Shown here in pieces: positions 21,444-30,581 of a stretch of 64,000 nucleotides of DNA. The notes beneath the pieces were generated by a model. That model was not told the origin of the DNA. It saw only the letters and a list, made by a program, of their open reading frames with translations, and ran no database searches. The stretch lies in assembly GCA_963803435.1 (NCBI GenBank), contig CAWDML010000009.1, positions 1,504,001-1,568,000 of the forward strand, written 5' to 3'. Position 1 is the first letter of the stretch; every line of letters begins with the position of its first letter. The DNA is from an uncultured delta proteobacterium. Its GTDB lineage: Bacteria; Myxococcota; Kuafuiibacteriia; Kuafuiibacteriales; Kuafuiibacteriaceae. Position numbers and translations under genes: made by a program.

Positions 21444-21887
21444 CTAGGAGCGTGTAGCGCGTAGCGCTACCGCGAGCCCGGTCCGGGTCCCGGTCCCGGT
21501 CCCGGTCCCGATGGCGATCATGCAGCCCGGCGTGCGTTCATCGGCCTCATCAAGTCGCGTGAGCATCTCGACAACGCGCTTGAGCTTGGCTCTGGCGGCT
21601 TGGAGCTTCTGCTCGTTGGCGAGTCGGCGCCTCAAGCAGGTGTGGAGTGAGGCGGCGCTTTCGGTGCCAGAGCGAAGTGCCATCCGGTAGAAGCGAGCCT
21701 TCTCAGGTGGATTGAACTCTCCGGCGCCCTCGGCGGTGTTGTTCACGATGGAATCGGATGCCCGCCGAAGCTGATCGCGGACGTGAGCGTGACCGGGTTG
21801 CAGTTCTTGTGCGATCTCTTCAGCGATGTCGGCATACTCGACGGCGAGCTGGTAGGCCTCGAGCTTCTCGTGATCGAAAGTGACCAT
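21444..21887 (-). CDS. Four-helix-bundle protein (23S rRNA IVP / bAvd-like family)
   Basis: MVTFDHEKLEAYQLA...DQLRRASDSIVNNTAEGAG...EKARFYRMALRSGTE; its stop codon falls in the left CTAG. Confidence 0.85.
   Translation of the reverse strand: MVTFDHEKLEAYQLAVEYADIAEEIAQELQPGHAHVRDQLRRASDSIVNNTAEGAGEFNPPEKARFYRMALRSGTESAASLHTCLRRRLANEQKLQAARAKLKRVVEMLTRLDEADERTPGCMIAIGTGTGTGTRTGLAVALRATRS
21477..21511. repeat. Hexamer tandem repeat (CCCGGT)n inside the left IR
   Basis: cccggtccgggtcccggtcccggtcccggtcccg. Confidence 0.85.
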
Positions 21888-21989
21888 GCAAGCTAGCTTG
21901 CGGTAGCTCGTCCACTTTGACCAGCAGAAGTTCTTGGAGGTCGTTTCGTCTGGAATCGATCGTTGGGCGGATCGACTTCGACGCCTGGA

Positions 21990-23109
21990 CTCGAAGTCCT
22001 GAAGCTTTGCCAAAAAGCAGGTTTGGTGCGGCTCGGACACGTCGCACTCGATGGCTCGAAGGTGCAGGCGAAACGCGAGCAAGCACAAGGCGATGACCTA
22101 CGAGCGGATGGCCGAGGAGGAGAAGCGGCTGTCTCTCGAGATCGAAGAACTGCTGGAGCGAGCGGGCACGATCGACCAAGAGGAAGACGAGCGGCTGGGC
22201 GTTGAAGAGACTGAAGAGGACATCCCAGCGGAGCTCGCTCGCCGTGAATCCCGCCTTGCCCGCATTCGAGAAGCGAAGGCTGCGCTGGAACAGGATGCCG
22301 CCAGGGCTCGCGCGGAGAAATTGCGCAGGCAAGCCGAAGAGCAGCAGAGCAAAGCGGATGATGCTCTTGTGGATCGGGTGGAGCAGAAGCGAACGAGAAC
22401 TCGAGCCGAGAAGGCAAGAGCGCAGGCTGACCAGCTCGAACCATCCCCAGACCCAACTGAACGAAGTGATGGATGGCCGCATCATCGCGTTCCTGCAAAT
22501 GTGGACGGCACACCGAGGCCCAACGCTCAGAGGAACTTCACCGACTCAGACAGCAGGATCATGTTGAAGGAGGGAGCGTACCTCCAGGCCTACAATGCCC
22601 AAGTTGTCGTAGATGAGCACGCTCAGGTGATTGTCGCCGAAGGGGTCAGCAACCAGGCACCTGATCAGCAACACCTCGTCCCGATGCTCCGTGATGTGTT
22701 CGGCAACTGCGGCGATGCTCCGCGGAAGATGACGGCAGACAACGGCTATCTGAGCGCGACCAACATCGAATTCTGCGACAACAATCAGATCGATGCCCAC
22801 ATCGCTGTTGGACGCGAACAGAACCAAGACGCGTCGACTCCGTCCTCATCAGCTTCGGAGCCCACACCTGCCTCGCTCGCTCGCAAGCGAATGCGAGACA
22901 AGTTGCAAACGCGCGACGGCAAGGCGGTCTACGCCCGCAGGAAGAGTATCGTCGAACCGGCGCTCGGACAGATCAAAGGGGCACGAGGATTCCGCCGGTT
23001 CTCGCTCCGCTCCTTCTTCAAGGTACGAGCCGAGGGGACGCTCGTCTGCCTCACCCACAACCTGCTCAAGCTCTACCAATCGAAGCTCGCGACCGTCGCG
23101 AGCGTCTGA
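21990..23109 (+). pseudogene. IS1182-family DDE transposase, N-terminally truncated and frameshifted (~22070)
   Basis: LCQKAGLVRLGHVALDGSKVQA/NASKHKAMTYERM, NFTDSDSRIM, YNAQVVVD, ADNGY, YARRKSIVEP..GQIK..RGFRRFSLR; the N-terminal domain is absent. Confidence 0.85.
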
Positions 23110-23129
23110 CTCAAGGCAGCCATCTTCAG

Positions 23130-23182
23130 ATCGGGACCCGGACGGGATCGGGACCCGGACCGGGACCGGGACCCGGACCGGG
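23130..23182. repeat. Degenerate (GGACCG/GGACCC) tandem repeat inside the right IR
   Basis: atcgggacccggacgggatcgggacccggaccgggaccgggacccggaccggg. Confidence 0.85.
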
Positions 23183-23195
23183 GTCGCGTGAGCGC

Positions 23196-24920
23196 TTACG
23201 CGCTACACGCTCCTAGCCGGGCGGACCGGGGACGTACACCTGCCCGGTCGCCACCCGCTCCGAATCCAGGGGACATCTCGCCGAGGAGCCGCACCAGGTC
23301 CCAGTCGTAGCTGGCGGTGTGCGCGTCAGCCTCGCCCGCCGTCACGCGCACGGTGCACCCGTCCTGCGTGGGGAGCAGGACCACGCCCATGTGATAGGCG
23401 GCGTGGTGGAGGTCGAGGATGCCGCTCAGCCCCACCTGGTGGGGGCGGATCGGCTGGACCACGTCGTCATAGAGCGCCCGGATTGTCTCGAGGTCGTTCT
23501 CCCAGACCGTGATCGATCCGCTGTAGACGCGCTTCTCCGCGCCGCTCTCGGGCTCGCGGAGGTGGCGGAGCTTGTGGTCGAAGGAGACGTAGATCGCCTC
23601 GCCGTCTGCGAGCAGGAAGCCGTCCGCCAGCCCGGGCGGGATCTCGCCGGCGGGGTGCTTCGAGGCCCTCGGGCCGTCCGAGACCAGCAGCCGATCGCCC
23701 CGCCGCTCGACGCGGATCGGTCGTGTGCCCGGACCGAAGCCGAGCGCCTTTTTGTCGACGCGGAGCGCCTCGGGATAGAAGTCCACCAGCGAGCGCTCGG
23801 TCATCACCAGCTTGGCCGAGCACGGATCCTTGTCGCGACGCGGCGACATCGGCTCGACCCCGAGGTGAGCGGCGAGCACCAGGTCGAGCGCGTTGCGGAA
23901 GTCGTAGCGGGCGAGGTGGTCCAGATCGTCGAACACGAACGTCTGGACCCCGTAGGCCCAGGCGGGGACGCGATCGCCGTACTTGTCGCGGTACTTCTTC
24001 ACGATCGGCTCGGCCCCGAAGTCGGGACGGAAGCGCGTTCGGACCACGATCTTTCCATCGTCCCGTTGTGCGATCACCGCGTTCTTCGCGTCGAAGTTGA
24101 CCGGGCCCGAGTCGCCGATCGCCGGCGCCGGTGAGAGATAGCGAAACCTGGGCGCGAACGGCTGCGGGATTCCGCGCTCGTCCAGCGTCAGCTCGACGTA
24201 TCCGTTGCGGAGATAGAGGTTGCGATCGCCTGGGACGTGGCGGCGGACCTCGGTCCCGGACAAAAAGACGCGACCGTCGATCACGGAGATCCGCGGGTCC
24301 TCGAAGAGGAAGCCCTTCTCGGGCGCCGAATCGAGCAACCGGTGCACGAACTCGAGCCGGCCCTCGGCGCCGCGCTCGAAGAGCAAGAGGTCGGAGACGT
24401 AGCCCTCGGGCTTGTTGAACACGCCGGCGCTGGGATGGATCCGGTTGGTATAGGGACGGATGCCGCGCGTGATCACCAGCTCGCGCAGCACACCCGTCCG
24501 CGGATCGGGGATGGCGACGCTCGTCGAGTTCGGCGTCTCGTAGTAGACGCGGTCGCCGTAGCGCTTGAGGTCCCGCGCGGCCGGCTCGACCACGGCGACC
24601 TCACCGCCGCCCTCATAGCTGACACGGCCCGGCCGGATCGATCCGAGCAGCTCCACCCGCGCGGTGAACGCGTCCGACTCGGGGACGCGCGGGTGAAAGA
24701 CGAAGCGCGCCGGATCGTAGAGCGAGGTCTCGAGCACGCGCCGGGTGGTGGCCTCCCAATCGCCGAAGAGCCGGCCCACCTCCATCTCGGCGGCGATGAC
24801 CTCGAAGGCGAGGCCGGCCGGTGCGACGGTCTCCCGCCGACACCCTCGCACCGGACTCCGCTCGCATGCGCTCGTCGCGCGCTCCGCCTGGTCGCGGGGC
24901 TCCCAGCGGCTCGGCTCCAC
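23196..24920 (-). CDS. Hypothetical protein, possibly a GH130-like beta-propeller glycosidase/phosphorylase
   Basis: FEDPRIS and DAKNAVI motifs resemble the GH130 EDPR and KN motifs. Start uncertain (perhaps ~24786); 3' end abuts the IS. Confidence 0.45.
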   Translation of the reverse strand: MEPSRWEPRDQAERATSACERSPVRGCRRETVAPAGLAFEVIAAEMEVGRLFGDWEATTRRVLETSLYDPARFVFHPRVPESDAFTARVELLGSIRPGRVSYEGGGEVAVVEPAARDLKRYGDRVYYETPNSTSVAIPDPRTGVLRELVITRGIRPYTNRIHPSAGVFNKPEGYVSDLLLFERGAEGRLEFVHRLLDSAPEKGFLFEDPRISVIDGRVFLSGTEVRRHVPGDRNLYLRNGYVELTLDERGIPQPFAPRFRYLSPAPAIGDSGPVNFDAKNAVIAQRDDGKIVVRTRFRPDFGAEPIVKKYRDKYGDRVPAWAYGVQTFVFDDLDHLARYDFRNALDLVLAAHLGVEPMSPRRDKDPCSAKLVMTERSLVDFYPEALRVDKKALGFGPGTRPIRVERRGDRLLVSDGPRASKHPAGEIPPGLADGFLLADGEAIYVSFDHKLRHLREPESGAEKRVYSGSITVWENDLETIRALYDDVVQPIRPHQVGLSGILDLHHAAYHMGVVLLPTQDGCTVRVTAGEADAHTASYDWDLVRLLGEMSPGFGAGGDRAGVRPRSARLGACSA

Positions 24921-24957
24921 CTCCGGAGTTATCGGCCGGGCGACCCCCGGGGGTGCC

Positions 24958-26050
24958 TCAACTCTCCAGCGCGGCGCGCGCCATGATCGACCAGCGCGAG
25001 AAGCCCCGCTCGAAGCTGGGATCGCCGGCGTGCCGGGGGACCCCCACGATCCGGACCGCGTCGCCGTCGGCCTCCAGCCAGAGCCGGCCCTGGGCCCGAT
25101 TACCCGCCAGCGCGCCGAAGCCGAGGAGCGCCAGCCCCGCGATCAGGAGGAAGGAGGCCGGCTGCGCCGAGAGGCCGGTCCCGGGGAGCGCGACCACGCC
25201 GATCTGCACCGCCTGGATGGAGACGACGTCCTTGCGATGCCGCTCGTCGAAGCCGGGAGGCGCGTTCTGGTAGACCCAGAAGTCGACCGTCCGGCTCTCC
25301 TTGTCGTCGACGATCTGATCCATCCTGATCGCCGGCCCCAGGCCGTTGCGATCGATCGAGTAGTCCCGGATCACGTAGTGGGGCCGCCACTGGAAGAACT
25401 GATACGGCTCGCCGGTCGCCATGTCGAAGCGGCCGACGGTCCCGGTCCTGGAGTCCTTCACATCGAGGATCGCGTGGACCACCGACTTGTTCCGCGACGG
25501 CGGATGGACGGAGAGGCCGGCGCCCACCACCAGCAGCACCAGCCCGAGGTGCGCGAACAGCGGCGCGATCTCGGCGCGGCGCGCGGTCTCGAACATCATC
25601 GTGACCTTGCTCCCGTCGACCCGCTCCGACACGGGTGAGCCACCCATCAGCGTCCGGAAGGTCGCCCGCAGCGCCTCGACGGCCCGCTCGGGGAGCGGGG
25701 CGGTCAGGCTCTCGGCGTAGGGCGCGGCGCGCGGAGGATCGATCATCCCGCTCCGCACGCCCAGGGTCATGCGGTGGCGCAGCACCACCGCAGCCACGTT
25801 GATCAAGAGCAGCGCGCCGAGCGCCCGGATCCACGCCGAGCTGAACACCTCCGTCAGGCCCCAGCGCGCCAGCTCCTGGATCTGGTTCGCGTACGGCAGC
25901 CGCGCCAGCTCGACGGCCTCCCAGCCTTGCGGGACGACGGCGGCGGTCCCGGCCAGGATCGCCGCGGCCATGGCCAGGACTGCGGTGGTGCGGAGGGACG
26001 AGAGGGCGAGCCAGAATCCGCTCGAGGGCCGAAGGTGCGTGCGTCGTCAT
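24958..26050 (-). CDS. resB: Cytochrome c biogenesis system II protein ResB/Ccs1-like (frameshift near the 5' end, ~25990)
   Basis: GLTEVFSSAWIRALGALLLIN and FAHLGLVLLVVG resemble the ResB TM and His motifs; overlaps the upstream cytochrome gene by 4 bp. Confidence 0.6.
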
Positions 26051-26511
26051 CCGCGCTTCTCCTTCTTGGGCAGGGTCTCATCGGTTCTCTTGTGGCGCAC
26101 CAAATCGAGCTTCTCGTCGAACTTGAAGAGGTCGACGCTCGGTGCGTCCGTGGTGTGGCAGGCGGTGCAGACCGGGGCCTCGATCTTCTGGAGCCCGCTG
26201 AGCTCGGAGAGCGTCTTGTCCCGCATGACGTAGCTCGGCTCGTAGTAGCGGCCGGCGCCGTGGCAGGACTCGCACTGGACCCCCGCGAGGTTCGGATCGG
26301 GGTTGGCCGGGGACATGGTATGGCAGGTGCGACACGTCGGGTCCTCGCGCTGAACCGACGAGAGCCGCGCCAGCGAGTTCGCGTGCCCGGACCGCTTCCA
26401 CTGCTTGTACTCGACCTCGTGGCAGCTCCCACACCGCTCGGCCCCCACGAAGTCGTCCGCGTAGGCGTGGGCCGCGAGGAAAAGGATCGGGAGCGAGAGC
26501 CAGAGGCGCAT
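26047..26511 (-). CDS. Tetraheme c-type cytochrome (c554-like)
   Basis: Signal peptide MRLWLSLPILFLAAHAYA; CGSCH, CRTCH, CESCH, CTACH; FVGAERC and W..SGH motifs. Confidence 0.9.
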   Translation of the reverse strand: MRLWLSLPILFLAAHAYADDFVGAERCGSCHEVEYKQWKRSGHANSLARLSSVQREDPTCRTCHTMSPANPDPNLAGVQCESCHGAGRYYEPSYVMRDKTLSELSGLQKIEAPVCTACHTTDAPSVDLFKFDEKLDLVRHKRTDETLPKKEKRG

Positions 26512-26601
26512 GGCCCCCGAGAGGCTAGCAGGCGACAAGTTGCAGTCAAGACAGGCGTGTTTGACACCTCGATTCCCTTCCGGCACTGACGGCGTATTCC
26601 T

Positions 26602-27204
26602 GTGATTGGACTGACGGGGGGGATCGGAACCGGGAAATCGGTGGTGTCACGGATGCTGGCGGCGCTGGGGGCCGCCATCATCGACGCCGACGTCCTGGCG
26701 CGGGAGGTGGTCGAGCCGGGGAGCCCGGCCTTCGACGCCATCGTGGCCCACTTCGGCCGAGAGGTGGTCGATCCGACCACCGGGGGGATCGACCGGAAGG
26801 CGCTGGGCGCGATCGTCTTCTCCGACGGCGCAGCCCGCGCGGCCCTCAATGCGATCGTCCATCCGGCGGTGGCAGCCCTCGCGATGCAGCGGATGCAGGC
26901 GGCGCGCGAGGCCGGCGCCCCGCTGATCGTGTACGACGTGCCGCTCCTCTACGAGAACGGCCTCGATCGCATGCTGCCGGCGGTCGTGGTGGTCCGCGCG
27001 AGCCCCGAGGTGCAGCGCGCGCGGGTGCGGGCCCGCGATGGGCTTTCGGACCAGGAGATCGAGGATCGCATCGCCGCTCAGATGCCGCTCGCCGAGAAGG
27101 TGGCGCGGGCAGATCATGTCATCGACAACGACGGAGACCTGGCGGCCACGCGTCGCCAGGTCGAGGCGCTCTACCGGGCGCTGACGGGGGAAACGTCCAC
27201 ATGA
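26602..27204 (+). CDS. coaE: Dephospho-CoA kinase
   Basis: IGLTGGIGTGKS, IIDAD, IDRKALG.IVF, LNAIVHP, DVPLLYE. Confidence 0.95.
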   Translation: MIGLTGGIGTGKSVVSRMLAALGAAIIDADVLAREVVEPGSPAFDAIVAHFGREVVDPTTGGIDRKALGAIVFSDGAARAALNAIVHPAVAALAMQRMQAAREAGAPLIVYDVPLLYENGLDRMLPAVVVVRASPEVQRARVRARDGLSDQEIEDRIAAQMPLAEKVARADHVIDNDGDLAATRRQVEALYRALTGETST

Positions 27205-28331
27205 CCGAGCCAGCGAGTCAGATCCTGATGACCGGCTTTCCGGGTTTCATCGCCCGGCGGCTGCTCACCAAGCTCCTCTCCGCCGACGACGCGGTCCGCG
27301 CCGTGGTGCTGGTGGAGGCCTCGCAGGAGGAGCCGGCCCGAGCCCTCATCGGCCGCATGGCCGACCGCGACACCTCCGAGTCGCCGCTGGGCGCCCGCGT
27401 CGACGTGGTGGTCGGGGACATCACCGCGATGGACTGCGGCCTGTCCGGCGCCGAGTTCCGGGCGCTGACGGAGAACGCGACCGAGGTCTACCACCTGGCC
27501 GCCATCAACTCGCTGTCGGCCGATCGCCGTCTCTTCGAGCTGGTGAACGTCCACGGGACCGCCAACGTGCTGGCGCTGGCCCGGGCCATGCGCCGGCTCG
27601 AGCGCTTCGTGCACTTCTCCAGCGCCTACGTCTCCGGCGATCGATCCGGGGTGATCATGGAGGACGAGCTCGATCGGGGACAGGGGTTCCGCAACAACTA
27701 CGAGGCCACCAAGCACCAGGCGGAGCTGCTGGCGCGCCGGGCGATGGAGCGCATCCCGATCACCGTGATCCGGCCGGCCGGCGTCGTCGGCGACTCCCGG
27801 ACCGGAGAGATCGATCGGTTCGACACCGCCTACCACCTGGGGATGCTGCTGGTCGCCTCGCCGGTGGCCTTCGCCGTCCCGATCCCGGGCGAAGGCCACG
27901 CGCCGCTGAATCTGGTGCCGGTGGACTATCTCGTCGACGCCGTTCACGCGATCGTGGGGGAGCCGGACACCATCGGGACGACCTTTCACGTGGTGGATCC
28001 GAACCCGTTGAGCACGCGCCGCGTGTACGAGGCCATCGCCGAGCGGGCGGGCCGGAAACTGCCCAAGTTCTCGGTCTCGGCCAACGTGACCAAGGCCCTC
28101 CTCCGGATCCCGGGCCTCGAGCGCCTGGCGCCGGTGAGCCACCACGCGATCGACTACCTGAACAACATGGCCTTCTATAACTCGAGGAACACACTCGCCG
28201 CCCTCGAGGGGACCGGGATCCGCTGCCCGCACTTCGAGAGCTACGTCGAGAACCTCATGCAGTACGTGCGCGATTACTTCGAACAGGCCGGGCGCTGGAA
28301 GGATTCGGAGCGACCGGAGCAGCGCCCGTGA
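27201..28331 (+). CDS. Extended SDR / thioester-reductase-like (NAD_binding_4) oxidoreductase
   Basis: TGFPGFIA, HLAA, VNVHGT, YEATK, RPAGVVGDSRTG. Confidence 0.85.
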   Translation: MTEPASQILMTGFPGFIARRLLTKLLSADDAVRAVVLVEASQEEPARALIGRMADRDTSESPLGARVDVVVGDITAMDCGLSGAEFRALTENATEVYHLAAINSLSADRRLFELVNVHGTANVLALARAMRRLERFVHFSSAYVSGDRSGVIMEDELDRGQGFRNNYEATKHQAELLARRAMERIPITVIRPAGVVGDSRTGEIDRFDTAYHLGMLLVASPVAFAVPIPGEGHAPLNLVPVDYLVDAVHAIVGEPDTIGTTFHVVDPNPLSTRRVYEAIAERAGRKLPKFSVSANVTKALLRIPGLERLAPVSHHAIDYLNNMAFYNSRNTLAALEGTGIRCPHFESYVENLMQYVRDYFEQAGRWKDSERPEQRP

Positions 28332-28410
28332 TCGCGCCGAGGTAGCGCCCGGCGCCCTGCTCTGATAGCCCTGACCAAATCTGATCCCGATCCGCGACAT
28401 CAACGCGCGG

Positions 28411-29079
28411 GTGCGCTTCCCGATCGTCAACTATGGGCTCATCGGCCTGTGCATCCTCGCGTTCCTCTACCAGCTCTCGGTCAAGGACGTCGACGCCCTG
28501 ATCCGGACGTATGCCATGGTCCCGGCTCACCTGCACGCGGCCCTCGGTCACCCGACGGCGGCGGCGCTCCTCCAGCAGCTGCAAGCCGTGTTGACATCGA
28601 TGTTCCTTCACGGAGGCTGGTTTCACATCATCGGGAACCTGCTCTACCTCCGGGTCTTCGGCGACAACGTCGAGGACCGCTTCGGTCATGCGGCCTTCCT
28701 CCTCTTCTACCTGCTCTCCGGGATCGCGGGCGCCGTCGGGCAGTACGCCATCGATCCGATGAGCAGCACACCGGTCATCGGAGCGTCGGGCGCGATCGCG
28801 GGCGTGCTCGGCGCGTACATCGTGCTGTTTCCCTCCGCCAAGGTGGTGACGCTCTTCCCGGTGTTCATCTTTCTCACCTTCATCGAGGTCCCCGCCTTCG
28901 TCTTTCTCGGCCTCTGGGCCGCCCAGCAGCTCCTCTATGGATATGCCGCGATCGGCCTGGAGAGCGCCGATCACATCGCGTGGTTCGCCCACCTCGGCGG
29001 CTTCTCGGTCGGGCTCGGCGCCGGGCTGATCTTCCGGGTGAGCAAACGTTGGCGTCGTCGCCGTCGCGGCCGCGCGTAG
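28411..29079 (+). CDS. Rhomboid intramembrane serine protease
   Basis: SMFLHGGWFHIIGN, GASGAIAG, AWFAHLGG. Confidence 0.95.
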   Translation: MRFPIVNYGLIGLCILAFLYQLSVKDVDALIRTYAMVPAHLHAALGHPTAAALLQQLQAVLTSMFLHGGWFHIIGNLLYLRVFGDNVEDRFGHAAFLLFYLLSGIAGAVGQYAIDPMSSTPVIGASGAIAGVLGAYIVLFPSAKVVTLFPVFIFLTFIEVPAFVFLGLWAAQQLLYGYAAIGLESADHIAWFAHLGGFSVGLGAGLIFRVSKRWRRRRRGRA

Positions 29080-29119
29080 AGCTTGCGCGAGCCGAGATCC
29101 AGGTGCTAACCGGACCGCG

Positions 29120-30571
29120 GTGCGGCTCTGGGCGCTCCTCCCCTTCCTCCTGGTGACGCCGTCGACCGCGCGCGCACAGAGCGTCTCCGTCACCGCGCGC
29201 AGTATCTTCCACGCCTATCAGATCCAGCTGTTCCCCGGGCAGCAGGACAGCCCGGAGCGAAAGCTGGATCGTTTCTACCAGACGCTCGACGCGGGCGCGT
29301 GGTTCCTGGGACCGGACGGGGACATCAGCACCGTCCTCTCGTTTCGCTACGACACCGACTTCGGCACCAGCGCCGTCGACAACACCGGTGACATCCGCGG
29401 TCTCTCGTCGGTCGGCGACGTCGATCTGCTCTACCTCTACGTCCAGTGGGACAACCTGATCGATCGCCACCTCGACCTGCGGTTCGGACGTCAGGTCCAG
29501 ATCGACGATCTCGACTGGTACAGCTTCGACGGGCTCAAAGCGACCGTGCATCTGCTCCCTCACGGTGAGGATCTCCTCGACGTCGAGATCTACCTGGGCC
29601 TGCCGGTGCGCTTCGATCAGCTCTTCTCGAGCGAGCCCTTCATCAACGACGGCGTGATGGTCGACGACGCGCCCGGATACTTCGGGGGCCTCACCGCCGG
29701 CGGCAACGCCTCCTTTCGGATGTTCGGGCTGGCGCTGGCGGCCGCGTTCCGTCAGGAGCTCATCTTCCGCAAGGACGACCTCGACGTCTTCGCGATGCAG
29801 CCCGAGGCCGCCGCGCGCTCGGCCGGCAAGTTCGCCATGCAGGAGAGCCTGCTCGGCTTCTCGGCCGGCTACACGGTGAAGCCGATCGGGCTCGACTTCT
29901 ACGGACATTTGACCTGGAACCTGCTGGTCGGCGATCTCAATCAGGCCCGCGCCGGGATCGGGTTCACGCCCTGGGCGTTCCTGCACTTCGGCGCCGAGTA
30001 CCTGCGGAGCCGCCCGCGCTTCCTGGGCGACTCCATCTGGAACTTCTTCAACATCTTCGCCTACGACAAGGGCCGCTTCGAGGCCTCGATGAAGTTCCTC
30101 GAGTACTTCGAGCTCTCGCTCGGATACTACCTGCAGGAGTTCCGAGGAAGCGACATCGACGGCACCACCGCGTTTCAGGGCTCGAGCTTCAACCACGGGC
30201 CCAGCGGCGGTCTCACCTTTCGCTGGCAGCGGATCGCGGCCGGTTTCTACGCGGAGGGCTCCTCCAACCTGAACAGCGACTACGGCTACGGTGGCAACTA
30301 CCGCTACGGGCAGGTCTTCGCCGACGGCGAGTTCCTCGACGGCCTCCTCGGCGGCACGGTCCGCTTCTCCTTCACCACCTTCCAGAACGATTGGTCGGAG
30401 CAGATCGACGACGGCATCGTCGACCCAGCCCACAACAGCTTCGCGCTCGACGTGGGCGCGCGAACGAACATCTACGACTGGGTCCAGCTCCGCATCAACT
30501 TCGTCAAGAACTTCAGCTCCGATCTCGAGGGCAGCTACCGCGTCTACAGCGAGCTGGCCCTCCACTATTGA
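29120..30571 (+). CDS. Outer-membrane beta-barrel (porin-like)
   Basis: Signal peptide ARA|Q, alternating aromatic beta-strand pattern, LRFGRQ motif, C-terminal aromatic residue (ELALHY). Confidence 0.75.
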   Translation: MRLWALLPFLLVTPSTARAQSVSVTARSIFHAYQIQLFPGQQDSPERKLDRFYQTLDAGAWFLGPDGDISTVLSFRYDTDFGTSAVDNTGDIRGLSSVGDVDLLYLYVQWDNLIDRHLDLRFGRQVQIDDLDWYSFDGLKATVHLLPHGEDLLDVEIYLGLPVRFDQLFSSEPFINDGVMVDDAPGYFGGLTAGGNASFRMFGLALAAAFRQELIFRKDDLDVFAMQPEAAARSAGKFAMQESLLGFSAGYTVKPIGLDFYGHLTWNLLVGDLNQARAGIGFTPWAFLHFGAEYLRSRPRFLGDSIWNFFNIFAYDKGRFEASMKFLEYFELSLGYYLQEFRGSDIDGTTAFQGSSFNHGPSGGLTFRWQRIAAGFYAEGSSNLNSDYGYGGNYRYGQVFADGEFLDGLLGGTVRFSFTTFQNDWSEQIDDGIVDPAHNSFALDVGARTNIYDWVQLRINFVKNFSSDLEGSYRVYSELALHY

Positions 30572-30581
30572 GGAGGCCGAG

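Larger units (their letters stand above)
21444..23216. mobile_element. IS1182-family-derived element with terminal inverted repeats, CTAG target duplication and a passenger gene
   Basis: Left end CTAG|GAGCGTGTAGCGCGT (from 21444), right end ACGCGCTACACGCTC|CTAG (to 23216). Imperfect IRs extend ~70 bp and include GGACCG-type hexamer arrays. Interior has lower GC and atypical codon usage. Confidence 0.85.

Noticed and set aside
21444-21887. Diversity-generating retroelement suggested by the Avd-like protein next to repeated adhesin genes
   Set aside because: There is no reverse transcriptase in the window, and I saw no TR/VR pair with adenine-specific mismatches. Paralog differences look like ordinary divergence.
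21477-23182. CRISPR array
   Set aside because: The repeats are 6-bp tandem units without spacers, and there are no cas genes.
28411-29079. Rhomboid as the sortase for the polyprotein
   Set aside because: Rhombosortase acts on GlyGly-CTERM, whereas MYXO-CTERM is processed by a CAAX-protease-family myxosortase. This rhomboid sits in a separate coaE operon.
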